DNA of 64,000 bases. It comes from Balanoglossus misakiensis (taxonomy: Eukaryota > Animalia > Hemichordata). The stretch covers positions 12,369,337 to 12,433,336 of the forward strand of contig CM082586.2 of NCBI GenBank assembly GCA_040954595.2, read 5' to 3'. A program made the translations under genes and the position numbers. This document shows positions 50,160 to 63,465 of the stretch, piece after piece. Numbering within the stretch: position 1 is the stretch's first letter; each line of letters opens with the position of its first letter. Below the pieces are notes generated by a model, which was given only the letters and a program-made list of their open reading frames with translations, was not told where the DNA came from and ran no database searches.

Positions 50160-53100
50160 GTAAGTTTTGATTTATTGTCTTGGGTTAATAATTTATACAG
50201 TTCAAAGTATCACCATTTCTTTCAATATGTAGATTTTTTTGTTTTTCTCTACAAGTGTAATCAAGATCTGCATGAAAATTTGTGTCGCTGTCACCGAACC
50301 TAGCTAGTCCATACAACCAACAGTATGAATCACCACCTCATACTGGGCGTAGCCATAGGCTATACATGCCTGCCGGTATCGAAGGCCATTATGAGTATTG
50401 GTACCAGACCCCTCTTGAGAATGAATCATGGTTCCACCCTTATGGTAAAAAGTAAGATTACTCCATGCTAATAAATGACAATATTAGAATGAAAGTACAT
50501 TCCAAGTGACTTGTTGGGAGCATCGGGCCACTTAATCCCGAAAAATTGCAATCGGCCTGATTTTCAGTTAACCAATCTAAAGCCCAACTTTTCGTGTATT
50601 TAGTTGGGTTTCTAAAACTAACAAATTTGTTGACAATATTAATGGCATGATGAACACTACTCTCATCAAATAAAATAATGTTGTGTCGTCCAGAACTGGT
50701 GTAATTTTTATGTGTTTGGAATCGTAGACACCATTTATCTTTTAGTCAACTCTAAGTCTAATATAACAGTCGCAAAAATTGCTATGACAAACAAAAACTG
50801 AAGTGCTGACAGGGGACACCCTTGTCAGATCCCTTTGGATGGATAACATTTAGAAAAGACATTGCCATTTTTCAAACATCTAGTATGTGATTATACATAG
50901 TTTTAACCCTAACGCTGCCAAGTCAGTTTGATATCCAGGGTGCCTAGAATCCTGGCTCCCAGGCCTGTTAGGCTGCCAAGGGCGTGTTACGCAGTAGGGC
51001 CTATACAAGACGTTCAAACCAAACCAGAGCAAACCAGTACGATTTAGTACATGTAAGGGGGGCTTAGACTGCCAAGTGTGTCTAAGTTATGAGAGCCATG
51101 GCAAGACAGTCAAAATACGTTTAGGGAGAAAAAATGGCAAATACATATTTTAAGGGACTTGACACTCTAAACAGGTATGACACCTAGTAGCATTAGGGTT
51201 AAAATATAGCTGCAAGCCACAATGGTCATCTGAGGTCACCCGAAATTTGGGCAAATTTTTTTTACCCCATACTGGTCCAGGTCCATCAGAAACCAAACCT
51301 TCAGCCCTATTGGTTCGCCTGGAGTTAGGTATGCACATAATTAATGAGTTAAGCAGTTGTACAGGTGACCTCAAAATTCGGCTTTTCATTTTAGTCCCAT
51401 CCCTTGAAATGCTAAGGCTGTACCTGCTCTGGAGGCCGAGATATGAGAAAGTAGATCACCTGAGGTCACCCAAAATTTTATGGAAAAATTGGACCCCACA
51501 CTTGTCCATGTCCAACAGAAACAAAACCTCTAGCCCTATTGGTAAGCCTAGAATTAGGTATGCACATAATTAATTAGGTCAAAGGTCAAGGGGTAACAAG
51601 TACATGTGTATGCTTCATCCCACCAAATATGAAGTCTGTCGGTCTAATAGTTACGTACTTATGAGCATTTATGTTATATATAGTTCAAAGGTCACCAAGG
51701 TCATGTGACATTGCGGCGAAATGATTTGGTCCAATAGTTGTACCTGTCCACCAAAAATCAGCTCCCTAGGTGTATTAGTTAGCGTAGAAATAGATATGTG
51801 TTTTTCAAGGTGGGTCAAAGGTCAAGGGGTCACCCGAAATTTGGCTTCTCATTTCGGCCCCTTGGTCAGTCCCTGTTCACTCCATAAATGGAGACGTGTT
51901 CTGCGCAACCGCAGTACGTGTAACCTCGTGAACTCAGATGTGCACATGCGTACAGCAGTCCCTGTTCACTCCATAAATGGAGACGTGTTCTGCGCAACCA
52001 CAGCTGGACCTGTGAAAGATCAAATCCGATCGACATATTTAGTTTCCGTATATTATACTGACCAATGCAGACTAAATCTAATAGAATTACTACATGTAGT
52101 ATATCGTGTATAATACACACGTTTGGCAATATTGCAGTTTGTGTGTTAGATGCAGACGTGTATACCCGATCTAAATTTCCGACCTACACATGTACATGTA
52201 TCACTGTTCACATGTACATACACCGTAACTGCGTTCTGAAAATGACATGGTATTTTCAAAATGTTACCCCAGATTACCCCATCATGTGAGAGCCATGAAA
52301 CTCACACCCATTGTCCAGCAGTAGTTAGTTGACTATCCTATTCACTCAAAACAAAAAGAATGGGTGTGAAAAAGTCACTAAAACAGCATTGATACAGAGG
52401 TGTATAACACTGTCCATGATTTCAAGAGAAAAACATGAACGCAGCCCAGGCAGATCGGTCACTGTATGTGGCGATATCTTTCTAAGTATTTCACTCAACT
52501 TGTACAGACGATGCCATGCTGTCTTCTGGAATGTGCTGGTAACGTCACACATCGAAACATATTGATGATGCCCTTCCCTGCGGCTCGGGCATCATGAATA
52601 TTATTAAGGTCAAAGATCACCATCCCTTGTGCAGGCAAAAGATCATGACATTGCCCTCGCTAACATGTGTTATTATTTAAATACGATGTTGTCATAGCTT
52701 TACTATGCAGGTATAGTAAAGCATATGCCTTGGTCCAGACCCCCCCCCCCCCCCATGGTCAATGAAAAAATATGAAATATAATGATCAAAAATCTTCTTC
52801 TCAAAATCGGCATACCCTAATTTGAAAATTTCGCCCTTATATGGTCATCAGGTCACTTGACTAATTTAACATTCACGGACGTACTGCACCAGATCTCATT
52901 GGCCTGCATCATTGTGCCAAATTTGAGAATTGTAGGTTTAGCCATTTTCAAGATCATAGTGGCCGATGAAAGTGCCCAAGAAGAAGAAAAATGCCAGCAA
53001 TACCAATAGGGGCCCCGCTCATAGGGGCTTGGGCCCCCAAAAACGCCAGTAATACCAATAGGGGCCCCGCCCATAGGGGCTTGGGCCCCTAATAAGTCAG

Positions 53101-53576
53101 TTGTAAAGTTATTACTGAGCTTGAATTTCACTAGCGCCTAAAAGTAAACAAAAACTGATGGTCAAAGTATCACAAGCTTTATTTTGGTTTGATGTAGGAT
53201 GTAATATGCTTATAGCACACTGCCAAATTAATGTCAACCAATAAGACCGGTAGGATATGATCGAAAACCACACGTATTAATGTGTAAAAGGCCGAACTTC
53301 CCAATAAATTTGGGTAGCCGACTACAGAGGAGTCGAACCGATGCATGAACTGAAGTATCAAGACACATGGACTATTATTTATTGTTTCAGCAATTTGACT
53401 TAAATTTATAATTTCCTATGGCAGTTTTTGCCGACAAGAATCAATGCCCGACCAAACAAAATGGACATTTTCACATGATCGTTACTGAGGTCACAAGTTA
53501 GCCAAGCCCTCATACACGCGCTATTCGGAAGTATCGGTGATCTGTTTATGTGTTTAGCTAAGGTGGTAAACTGTTC

Positions 53577-56182
53577 ATCAATCAATCAGTCAATCAAAAG
53601 GACTTATAGAGCACCAAACTCCACTGCAATAGTGTTCAATAGCGCTTTACAATGTAAAGTTACTGTTAATAGGCTCTGTTAAACAGATAAGTCTTGATGT
53701 GTTTCTTGAAACTGTCAAGGCTAGGTGACTGGCATACTTCTATTGGGACATTGTTCCAAATGAGTGGGGCGATATACGAAAAAGCACGATCGCCGTACGT
53801 TTTCTTCTTACTCCATGGTACATGAAGTAGAAATTTGTCATTTGAACGAAGAAGTCTTGTTGAAGTTTTCAGATGGATTAAGTCAGTGATGTAAGCTGGT
53901 GCTGTGTTGTTTAATGCCTTATATGTCATAAGCAAGATCTTGTATTGGATTCTATAGTGTACAGGCAGCCAATGTAAATCCATGAGAACAGGAGTAATAT
54001 GATCCGTTTTACGGGTACGAGAAACGATCCTGGCTGCAGAATTCAGGGCATGCTGTAGCGGTTGAATGCATGATGATGGTAAACCACAGAGTAGTGCATT
54101 ACAGTAGTCCAGTTTTGATGTGATTAGAGCATGAACCAGCATCTGGCAAACTTCCTTAGTGAGGTAACGGCGAATGTGGCTGATTTGACGCAGATGGAAG
54201 AAAATTGACTTGCAAATTGCATTAATGTGCTTATTGAAAGTGTAATTGTCGTCGAATGTCACACCTATATTCCGTGCAGAATTCACAATTTGAACACAAC
54301 ATGATCCAATGCTCATGTGGTTTATGGGACGAGGCGAGCGGTTGAACTGAGACCTTATCAGGAGTACCTCGGGTTTGCCACCATTGAGTTGAAGTTTATT
54401 ATGTGTCATCCAGGTTTTTATTTCGTGAACTGCCCTTTCCATCTTGTCGTTGTCGTTGTTGACTTTAGTAAGTGCTGTTTCGGTACTGTGATCCTTTCGG
54501 TACGCTGACTGCAGTGGTTCTTGTAGTGAGTTGGTAGTCAAATATGATGTCAGTTGTTGTGCTACAATCTTCCCGATTACTTTTGACAGGAAGGTTAGGT
54601 TTGAAACAGGTCTATAGTTCTTGAAAATGTTTTTGTCGAGCGAAGGTTTCTTGAGTACATTGGTGTGATGACTGCTATTTTAAGTTATTCAGGAACAGTT
54701 CCAGTTTTGAGTGACAAATTGATAATTGTGGCTATGATAGTGAGCAGATTACCAAGACATTGCTTAACAAGTGCTGTAGGGATGAGATCAAGTACACGTG
54801 TTTTAGATGGAGAGCCAGAGATAACTTTTCTGATTTCTTCGTCTTTAGCTGTGTGGAATTCAGGAAGTGTTGATGAGACTGCTGGGTGCAGAAATTGGTA
54901 ATCTTTTGAAGTAGGGTTTACCATGTCAAGGCTGGAACGGATAGACGTGATTTTAGTGATGAAATATATACTGAATGAATCTGCTAAGTCTATTTTCGCA
55001 GTATGGTCAGGTAGAGTCTTTTCTTGTTGCTTGCCAGCCATGGTTGATATGATTTGAAATAGTGACTTCTGGTTACCATACTTTTCCTCAATTAGATGTG
55101 AGAAGTATGACTTTTTGGCAGCTCTGATTAAGTGATTGACATTTCTGCACTCATGTTGATATATCTCACAATGAATCTCCAGCTTAGTTTTTCGCCACAG
55201 ATGTTCAGCCTTCCGTCTATTCTTTTTTGCAATGTCGATTTCATGAGTATACCATTTGGTACCTGGACGTATGATCACTGTACGCTTTTGAAGTGGTGCG
55301 TGGGCTTGAAGAACTTCACTGACGTGTTGGTTATAAGCTGATATGGCTGAGGAGAGGTCATTTGGAGGCTAGGACATTTGATGTATTTTGTCGAGATCAT
55401 GGCTGAAACTATCAATTGAAATGGCAGATACGACGATAAGATATTTGACGTCTACTGTGTGTTGGTTTCGGAAGAGCAAGTTTTGCATTGACAGGATTGT
55501 GATCAGAGAGTTCCAAGCAGTCTACAGAGACACTCTTGATGTTAGACGCAGAGTTAGATAAGATGAGATCAAGAGTATGACCCTTTCTGTGTGTTGGTTG
55601 TTGGACCCATTGTTTCAGATTACAGGCGCTGATGATTCCATTGAATTTCTGTGTTACTGGATTCTTATCATCTTCTAGGTGAATATTGAAATCTCCTACG
55701 ATGAAGAGATTACTTGAGCAGGTGACATACTTCTCAAGTGTTGTACTGAACTCTTCCATGAACTGTGGTGCGGTGAATTTATTCTTAACTGATGGTGGTG
55801 GACGGTAGACAAGAATTATTTTCATGGAAAGTTTCTGGTGAAGAATAGTTGCTTCCGCTGTCTCAAAAGATTTAACAGAGAGAATAGGCTTCCAAGCTGT
55901 TAATTTTAGTGCTAGCTTATGAATTTAAGCTAAGTCTTCACCGATCTTGCCAACCCCAGGTAGATGTTTGACAGCATAGCCTGGTGGTGTACATTCAGCC
56001 ATTACGTGTTCGTCACCAGATTCCTTCAACCATGTTTCAGTGAGTACAAGAATATCAATGTCTTTATCTGTGATGTAGTCTGCAATGTCTAATGATTTGC
56101 ATCTAGCTGAGCGGACATTCCATGTAGAGAGTAGAAGTTCACACGTATTTTGGATAGGGTGGATCTTGAATACTGCATAGTT
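53577..56182 (-). mobile_element. Longer L2-type LINE: AP-endonuclease, linker, RT N-terminus, RT core deleted, C-terminus
   Basis: WNVRS, LTETWL, VYRPP, GDFNIH, PTHRKGHTLDLI, SDH endonuclease motifs; YRPVSNL and [14 protein letters not shown] joined directly to [10 protein letters not shown] with no YADD; several stops and frameshifts. Confidence 0.93.
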
Positions 56183-56648
56183 ACTCTTCAATAGATATTT
56201 AGTGACTCGCTAACTGTTGCGATTCGTGTGTGTGTAATTTACGTACTTCAAGTTAAATATCGCAACTAGCCGTAATGTTTGACTAGGGGGAGCACCTATA
56301 CTAATGCGAGAACCAGGGATTGAAAGTTGCACCTGTATTTTGATCCCTTAGTTACCCTTATAAGTACATTTGTAGTCTAATAACCATAGCTCTATTGCAA
56401 ACCATTCTTTCCGTAGTTTCTTGTTTCAAATATTGTAATCTGAATTTATTTTGATGTTTAACAGGTGTGATTATCTGTATTTGCGGCCATTTTGAAAAAA
56501 ATTGGTTGCCATGGAAACTCTTCAACAGATATTTAGTGACCGGACGCGCAGTGTTTCCGGTTTATGTTCTGCACGTACATCCTTGATGAAGTTTGCTGGC
56601 TAGATGGCTCCTAAACCTCCCTAATATTTGACGTCTTCACTCCTACAG

Positions 56649-58784
56649 GACTGCGCAGCTGGAAGTTAAAGTTCAGCATGTTCTGAAGCATGCACGCTGT
56701 GTCCAGGGGTTTCATGTGTGGAACAGCCAGCCTCTCATCACCAACATAATGCGGACTGGGATATTTTGCCAACAATGGAAGTATACACTGTACGCCTTGT
56801 CCTGCCCCGGGTATAAGTGCCAATATGATGGTATGTCGGAGCCAGAGGTGTGTGAAGATGGATACTACACTAATATAGATGATGAGTCAGCACTTAAAGT
56901 TTGGGCATTACTGAGTAATCTTTCACTTAAGGCGGATGATCATCTTATGTGCATGTCCGTAATTCTGTGCGTACAAACATTACGTCCAGTCCAAATATTC
57001 TGCCAATTTTACATCCAATGCATTCAAATAGTGGACTGCTTCGCTTTTATCCAGTTTTCATGTGCATCGTATAAGTAGACTATTGTTTTGTCCCGTCTTT
57101 TCACCAAATTTGCTCTTTTCCAAATCTCCGACACAGACTATGATCGTCAAGATCTTGTCTGTTGTTAGAACAGCACACTGCCGTATGGCATTGACTGTAT
57201 ACAGTTTCTGTTACCAATATCTCTGGTTTGGCATTTTCCTGTCCTCGAAATCAATCCAGAGATTTTTGTCTCCCCAACCCGCGTGAGAATCCCACGTCTT
57301 TGAAGGTATGACTGTGACTATAAGATTCTATAAATCTCTGTTTATTTTCAGCACAAATATCATGTGCTGATTGCCCAGCTGGTAACCAATGTCCAAATGG
57401 TAACACTGTGATTTTATGCTCGGCTGGTTATTACAGTTCGGCTTTGGACAAAGGATGTCTCGCTGTACCTCTTGCATAACAGGTAAACTTCTACCCACCC
57501 ACCTTTATTTCCAACATCAAACATTAGGTCAGGTAATTTACTAACTGAAAAATAGGATGGGAACATTTTCTATTTCTGTATTTAAAATTTACTGATATAA
57601 TATATGAATAAAAAAATGACAATTTTTCCAAATTTGAATAGACCTCTATTTATGAAAATAATTAAAATTTGCACCAAATTTTTACAGTGGTATTCAAAGG
57701 TTAACTTGGTGTGTAAATTCTCTGTTTTATTTACAGATCAGCTGGTGCTGAACATTGTACTATTTGTGAGCAAGGGTACGCCTGCACAGATCAGTGTACA
57801 TCGCAATTCAAGTGTACCAAGGGTTACGTGTCATTGGCTGGTGCAACAAACTGTACCATATGTACAAATGGTAAGATTGTGGTACTTGTTCAGTTTGCTG
57901 TGTGATGAAACTGAGGGGTATGTGTGTATGCATGTATGTGTTTACAACAGATTTTTAAGTCAGTGCGACTGGGGGTATGTGTGTGTGTGTGTGTATGTAT
58001 GTATGTGTTTACAACAGATTATCAACTCAGTGCGAGATCTTGCGAGACCCGGTTAGCCATGTGAGATCTCGCAGAGTCTTATGATATTCAGAAAATGGTT
58101 GATTAGAAATGACGTTTAATGTCCTCCAAAGAATTTTCTACATGCCTGTATACTTGTCTCAGAATTATGAAGTGAATCATCTCAAGTAATTTGTTATTTT
58201 AAATGACACTGTATCACAAATGCATCACTAAAAACCTCATTTTCTTTAATCAGATGAAATAAGTGAGGAGCCTGCACGCACATCCTGTCTTCTGTGCCCT
58301 GCTGGACAATCGTGTTCAGATCCAATGTAAGATCCGCTCGACTGTGGCAATGGTGAATATGCTATGGAAGGCGACGGCACATGCACGCCTTGTCCAGCGG
58401 GATCCAAGTGTCCAACCATGTCACCCGTAGTGGATTGTTCAACAGTTACTGGTAAGTTGGGCTGCAAATCACTCTTGTGACTTCCCTGTGTTATAGCATG
58501 GCATACACAGAAAATTAAACTGTTATGCTCATTGGAGTTGATATTGTGATGCACTTTGAAAAACACAATGATTCCACTGAAGAGGTATTGTACAGTAAAA
58601 CCTGTGATTACGGACATCTCTCTAATAAGGGATCGTTGGACCAAACCATGGTGGTAAACATCGTTCTTTGATTTTTTTCTGTGATAGGTTCATACTCGCA
58701 TGGTTCGGCCACGTCCTTCTGGTTATGAATGCACAACTACAAGTGTCACACAGTGAGCTACAGGGCAGTAAAGTGCTGAAGGAG
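56649..58784 (+). pseudogene. Copy 3 exon series G1-G5
   Basis: Homologous to 16777-18482 and 35867-38001, with additional lesions (TAA and lost donor in G1). Confidence 0.8.
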
Positions 58785-61700
58785 GTAAGTCTTGAAATCC
58801 CTTTTCTTCTTGTCTCGATTTGAACATGGTTCCACAAGTTGTTTACATCACTTGTAGTTTTACATATTTGTTGAGTTCAACAGCTAGCTATACATGGTGT
58901 CCTGAGAAGTCAACCAGTATGAGAAGTCGGTCTCGGTCAGTACGAGAAGTCGGCCTCTGGGAGAGAACCCTGGTACTTTGTGTTATATATAACTGTTACA
59001 CTACGAAATGTTTCTTTGATGTACAGGAGCTGAGATATATGTACAAATAGCCGATGAATTTTAAAACTGTCTGTTCACTTTTCATGTACGTCACCGGGGT
59101 ACGTCAACATCAGTCACCTGCACTTCTTGAGCTGCGCCAGTAGTCTGTTCCTCGTCACGTTTGTTTGTTTGTTTGTTTGTTTGTTTGGTGTTGTCTCAGA
59201 AAGTATGAATATACACATACATCTTCTATGTATTTTAGTAGGCTTTGAAACAACTCCCTTTAATCAGAAATGTCACAGGAATTTGGCGAACAACCTAAGC
59301 TCCTTACGCGGATACGGGGCTGGGGAACCGGTACGGATGCCAGACGCCATTATTTGAAATAACGCCATTGTATTGTCAAGAATTTGGGAAATCCGTCCAA
59401 ATGAAAATATTTAGTGCAATTATATTTTATTAAGTGTTGTTATAAGTAATCTGGGTCATTACTGCACTATTCGGGTACAAGTTCAACAACTGGCCGACTT
59501 CTCATGCGCGCGTACTGGCCGACTTCTAATCTGGCCGACTTCTCATGTATTCCTATTCATTAGTGAAAATTGGGGAAACTGGTGTTTTCAGACAACTTAT
59601 GAAGTCCTTGTCTCAATGGAGGTACCTGCCAACAACAGGTAAATTCTTGTACTGCCACAATTTGCATGTGCACAGAGTGTTACTAGGGAACCAGGTGTGA
59701 GACAACTAAGTTTGAATCTGTAGCAGTTAATAATGATAATTATCATTTTTTTATTATGATTTAAACTTCACTGATGTTGTACAAACACAAAAATAGAAAG
59801 GGATAGCAGCTTAGCTCTATTCCGTTTCGAAAGTTTTTGTTCTTTTAAACTACCTGTGCATTTTTTTTATTTATTCTGATTATGCTAATATGCTAATTTG
59901 TCGGTTTGTCACATCACAATTTTTGTAGGAAACTCACCCCTGGGAATTTTTTTCAGCCACTTACATACATTCATAATCACATGACATTGATGATCATGGA
60001 AAATTTGACCCTTTTCCTTGTAGGACTCAACCAGTGTCAACCAAATCCGTGCCAGAATGGTGGCTTCTGTCAACCGGCTCGAAATTCCTGCTTTGATCTC
60101 ACCTGCATATGTACTGGTTGCTACAAATGTGATAGGTGTGAGATATGTAAGTATACAGCGCAGTCTCTTTTACCTTTTGTCTCTGATGCATTCAAATACT
60201 GCAAGTTTCCTGAGCATAGGTGTAGCCATCACCACAGCAGAGCTTGGAGAGTTCTTGACATCGAATGCAAGATTACACTCTTCCCAATCAAAATCACTTT
60301 CGTGGCGCATAATGTCTTGATTGTCTTGGTTCAAGAAACATTATGTGCGACTGGCCAATTCTACTGCCTTTTGTCAACACACATCCACTATGGAAATTCT
60401 CACTCCAGGCCAGATAGTGTAAATTTACATATGAGTCTACAGGTGTGCTTGAAGTCAAGTCAAGCATTTGCAAGGAACCCTCCTCCAGTACACAGGTCTT
60501 TGATTTCATGAAGGGAAGCCCTTGCCTCACAGTCACTGCCACATGATCTATGGAGGTGTGAACAACTTGATACCAGCCTAATATAAGTTGTAGGCACAAT
60601 CACTCCACACACCCTTGCCATAATTCTGCAGGTTTTTTTGCCATATCTGTACTGTAGAATGAGTAGCAAGGAATAAAATGGCGTCCTTTCTTAATTTCCG
60701 GTGCAAAACCCCTGTGATCCCAACCCATGTATGAATGGTGGATTTTGCCAGCAAACATCGTGCAATTTCTATTCATGCCAGTGTGTGAACTCTTACACAG
60801 GTGACATCTGTCAAACTATAGACCCTAGAGAAAGAAGGACGAGCAACTGAGGCAAAGATCAAAGGGTTTGGGGATTATCTGTATGATGATGTTTTTTTGC
60901 ATATAATTAACACCCAGGACAGTTGGACAATGACTTCCTTACTTCGGCACGTGTCGACCCCACCAGTGATGCGAAACTTGCCACCAAACTAGCACTCCTG
61001 CATTTCAGCAGCCACTGCGTTTTTTTCTAAAATTCTAAACGTATTACGATGTCTGTGCTAATTATTATGGTTTGGTGTTCGTCTGTCGGTTGAACGGTCA
61101 TTTCTAGTGCCGCAAGCTTCATTTAAAAGTTGTAAACAAATCATCCATGTTTTTTGCATGTCCGACTGGGCACTCATATTTCTTGGTAACGCTGACACTT
61201 TTCGTAATAATTTTATGTTTGCGTGAATTATTGAAATAAAAATTGTGGTTTAGGGGCATTTTATTTCGCAGTGCGTGAACAATAAAACAGATTTCACGAA
61301 AACAATTTGTAAACAAACTGGGTGGATTTTCATGTGTGCGCTATGGCCGCCAGGCAACCCTCGGTACGGTTAGCCTTGTGAAATACCCGGACTGTTAGAC
61401 AAAAGATGCTTGTTTTGGACGCTGTCAGACTCAGAGGTGCCAAATTCCTGTTTAACTTGTCCAGATGTGTTCCATAAATGATCGCTGCGTTCAACCACGT
61501 TGCAGTTTTCTCGTCTCCTGCGAGATGTTCTGAGGTGTTGTGATAACTTCACGCAAAACACGAGACTTTGCGTTAGTTTATACACAGTTTATTTGCAAAT
61601 TGGATTATTGAGATTTATCTGGAAATAATGTATGCAAAAGAACATCATTTCAAGAAAAAACTGGAGTTGCGCTTCCTTCTTTCTCTAGGGTCCATGGTCA

Positions 61701-62190
61701 AACAAGTGAGTATATACTTTCAAGACACCCTGCAAACAAACAAGCAATCTTCATTTCGTATATCTTTTAAGCTTATTTATACATTGTAAATTTTGATGTG
61801 AAACTTCAAATTTTATTGGTCTTGTTGCCAAACTTCTGAAGAAATGAGGATATTGTTTTGAAGGGTATTTTATCAGTAGATAACAAATACCATGGCCCTC
61901 CATGCAAATACCCACATGGTAAATTAAAACTGTTACAGATGTATTTGATTTCCACATATTGATTACATGTGGGATAATATTGGGTGCTGGCAGTTTCAGT
62001 AAATGAACTGCTCTTAAACGTTGGGCGTCAGGGCACCCTTGATTTTGCCTGTTCCAAGCTAGAATGGTCTGTCCATATGAATATTTGTTCAGCAAGTTAC
62101 AACCAATCTTTTAAGTTTGGAATGAAAAAATAGTGAAATGACTTGTGATGATAATATGCAATTGTTTGTTGATTTACATGCAACCTCCAG

Positions 62191-62313
62191 GACTCGATCA
62201 ATGTTCTCCCAATCCGTGCATGAACAACGGTATCTGTGAGCCAATCAGTGGATCGTGCAGTGCGTTTACCTGTCGCTGTCAAGGCTGTTTCATTGGAATC
62301 ACCTGTGACCAAG
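62191..62313 (+). CDS. Exon X1, intact 8-Cys EGF-like module unique to copy 4
   Basis: ctccag|123 nt|gtaaat; LDQCSPNPCMNNGICEPISGSCSAFTCRCQGCFIGITCDQ. Confidence 0.88.
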
Positions 62314-62625
62314 GTAAATTTATCAGACGAGGAACTGTTTTTCCCCCCTCATACCGGTATATTTGTCATAGCTGGCAGCTATGAAATAACCTGTATATTT
62401 AGGATGTGACAAACCAAATAGGCACTTTCAGGAATTGAGTCTTTTTTCAATTACCAAAGTCCTAAACTCCCAAAAGTATAATAAGTAATTCTTATTGTTC
62501 AGTTATACATTAAGGAGGCTTAGTTATAGAAGAACCCGATAGAACCACAGCTGTAGGAATTAAGGAAATGGTCATACCCTAAAAACTTATGTCACTACTA
62601 TTTGTTTTTCATTCCATTGAAACAG

Positions 62626-62778
62626 AACAAACTTCATGTAGGCCAATTCCATGCCTGAACAATGGGCAGTGTACTCGGCTGTCATGTACAACTTTTGCGG
62701 CTGTATATAATGCAGTGGCCAACTCCGCATATACATGTGCCTGTACTGGTTGCTATGAGGGTAACCGTTGTGAAATAT
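62626..62778 (+). CDS. Chimeric EGF exon X2/E5 (in-frame fusion, 153 nt)
   Basis: aaacag|QTSCRPIPCLNNGQCTRLSCTTF-AAVYNAVANSAYTCACTGCYEGNRCEI|gtaagt; the 3' part and downstream intron match E5. Confidence 0.82.
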
Positions 62779-63342
62779 GTAAGTTTCTGACGTACCCTAA
62801 AGACAATTTTTGGGCACTTTCTCTTCATGGCAATTGAATTGTGTGGTAACTTCTCATTTCTAAAATTTCCCCAAGAGAAAAGAAAGGAAAAGAAAACAAA
62901 AATTTCATTTGTATGTCCGTGCAATTTAGGACAGGCACGAACTTGTGAGAAAGTGTACGAAGCTGGGTGTTTTTATCACTCAAATATACAAGAGTTGCCT
63001 CTTGAAGACTAGTGTCTGTAGAGATAATTGTGCATGTGAGGTAATCTCTCCTAAGGTGGTCCACACATCTGAGTATTAAGTAAAAGAGACGTCCTTAATT
63101 ATCCTTACTATTTGGCTTGAAAAATCAATCTTACTAGGTGTTCTGATTAGAGAGGTGTCCATAAAGACAGGTTTTACTGTATTACCCAAAAATAGAGACA
63201 TTGTCCCTTCATCATATACTTAATGCGTGTTCTGGGTATGGTTCCAGTATAATCAAAGGATTTTGTTGTGGTGCAGGAATCATCTTTAGTTGAGGTGTAG
63301 CCATCTGCATTTCATGTTTTTTAAACCATTTTTTTCTGATAG

Positions 63343-63465
63343 TCATTAACCCATGTGATCAGAATCCGTGTCAAAATGGAGGCTATTGTTCCCAAACACC
63401 AAATTCTTATACTGACTACACCTGTTACTGCCAGTAGTGTTGGACTGGGGCCATCTGTGCCGTAG
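63343..63465 (+). pseudogene. Exon E6, full length, in-frame TAG
   Basis: tgatag|123 nt|gtgtgt; INPCDQNPCQNGGYCSQTPNSYTDYTCYCQ*CWTGAICAV. Confidence 0.85.

Larger units (their letters stand above)
38659..59258 (+). repeat. Tandem segmental repeat, copy 3 (~20.6 kb)
   Basis: Colinear with copies 1-2, with more substitutions; retains ~1.8 kb more of the second LINE and lacks ~500 bp at 56540. Confidence 0.95.

Noticed and set aside
53577-56182. Reverse transcriptase next to variable repeats as a DGR/retron-like diversifier
   Set aside because: It is an ordinary APE-type L2 LINE with the catalytic RT core deleted; there is no template/variable repeat pair or adenine-specific variation
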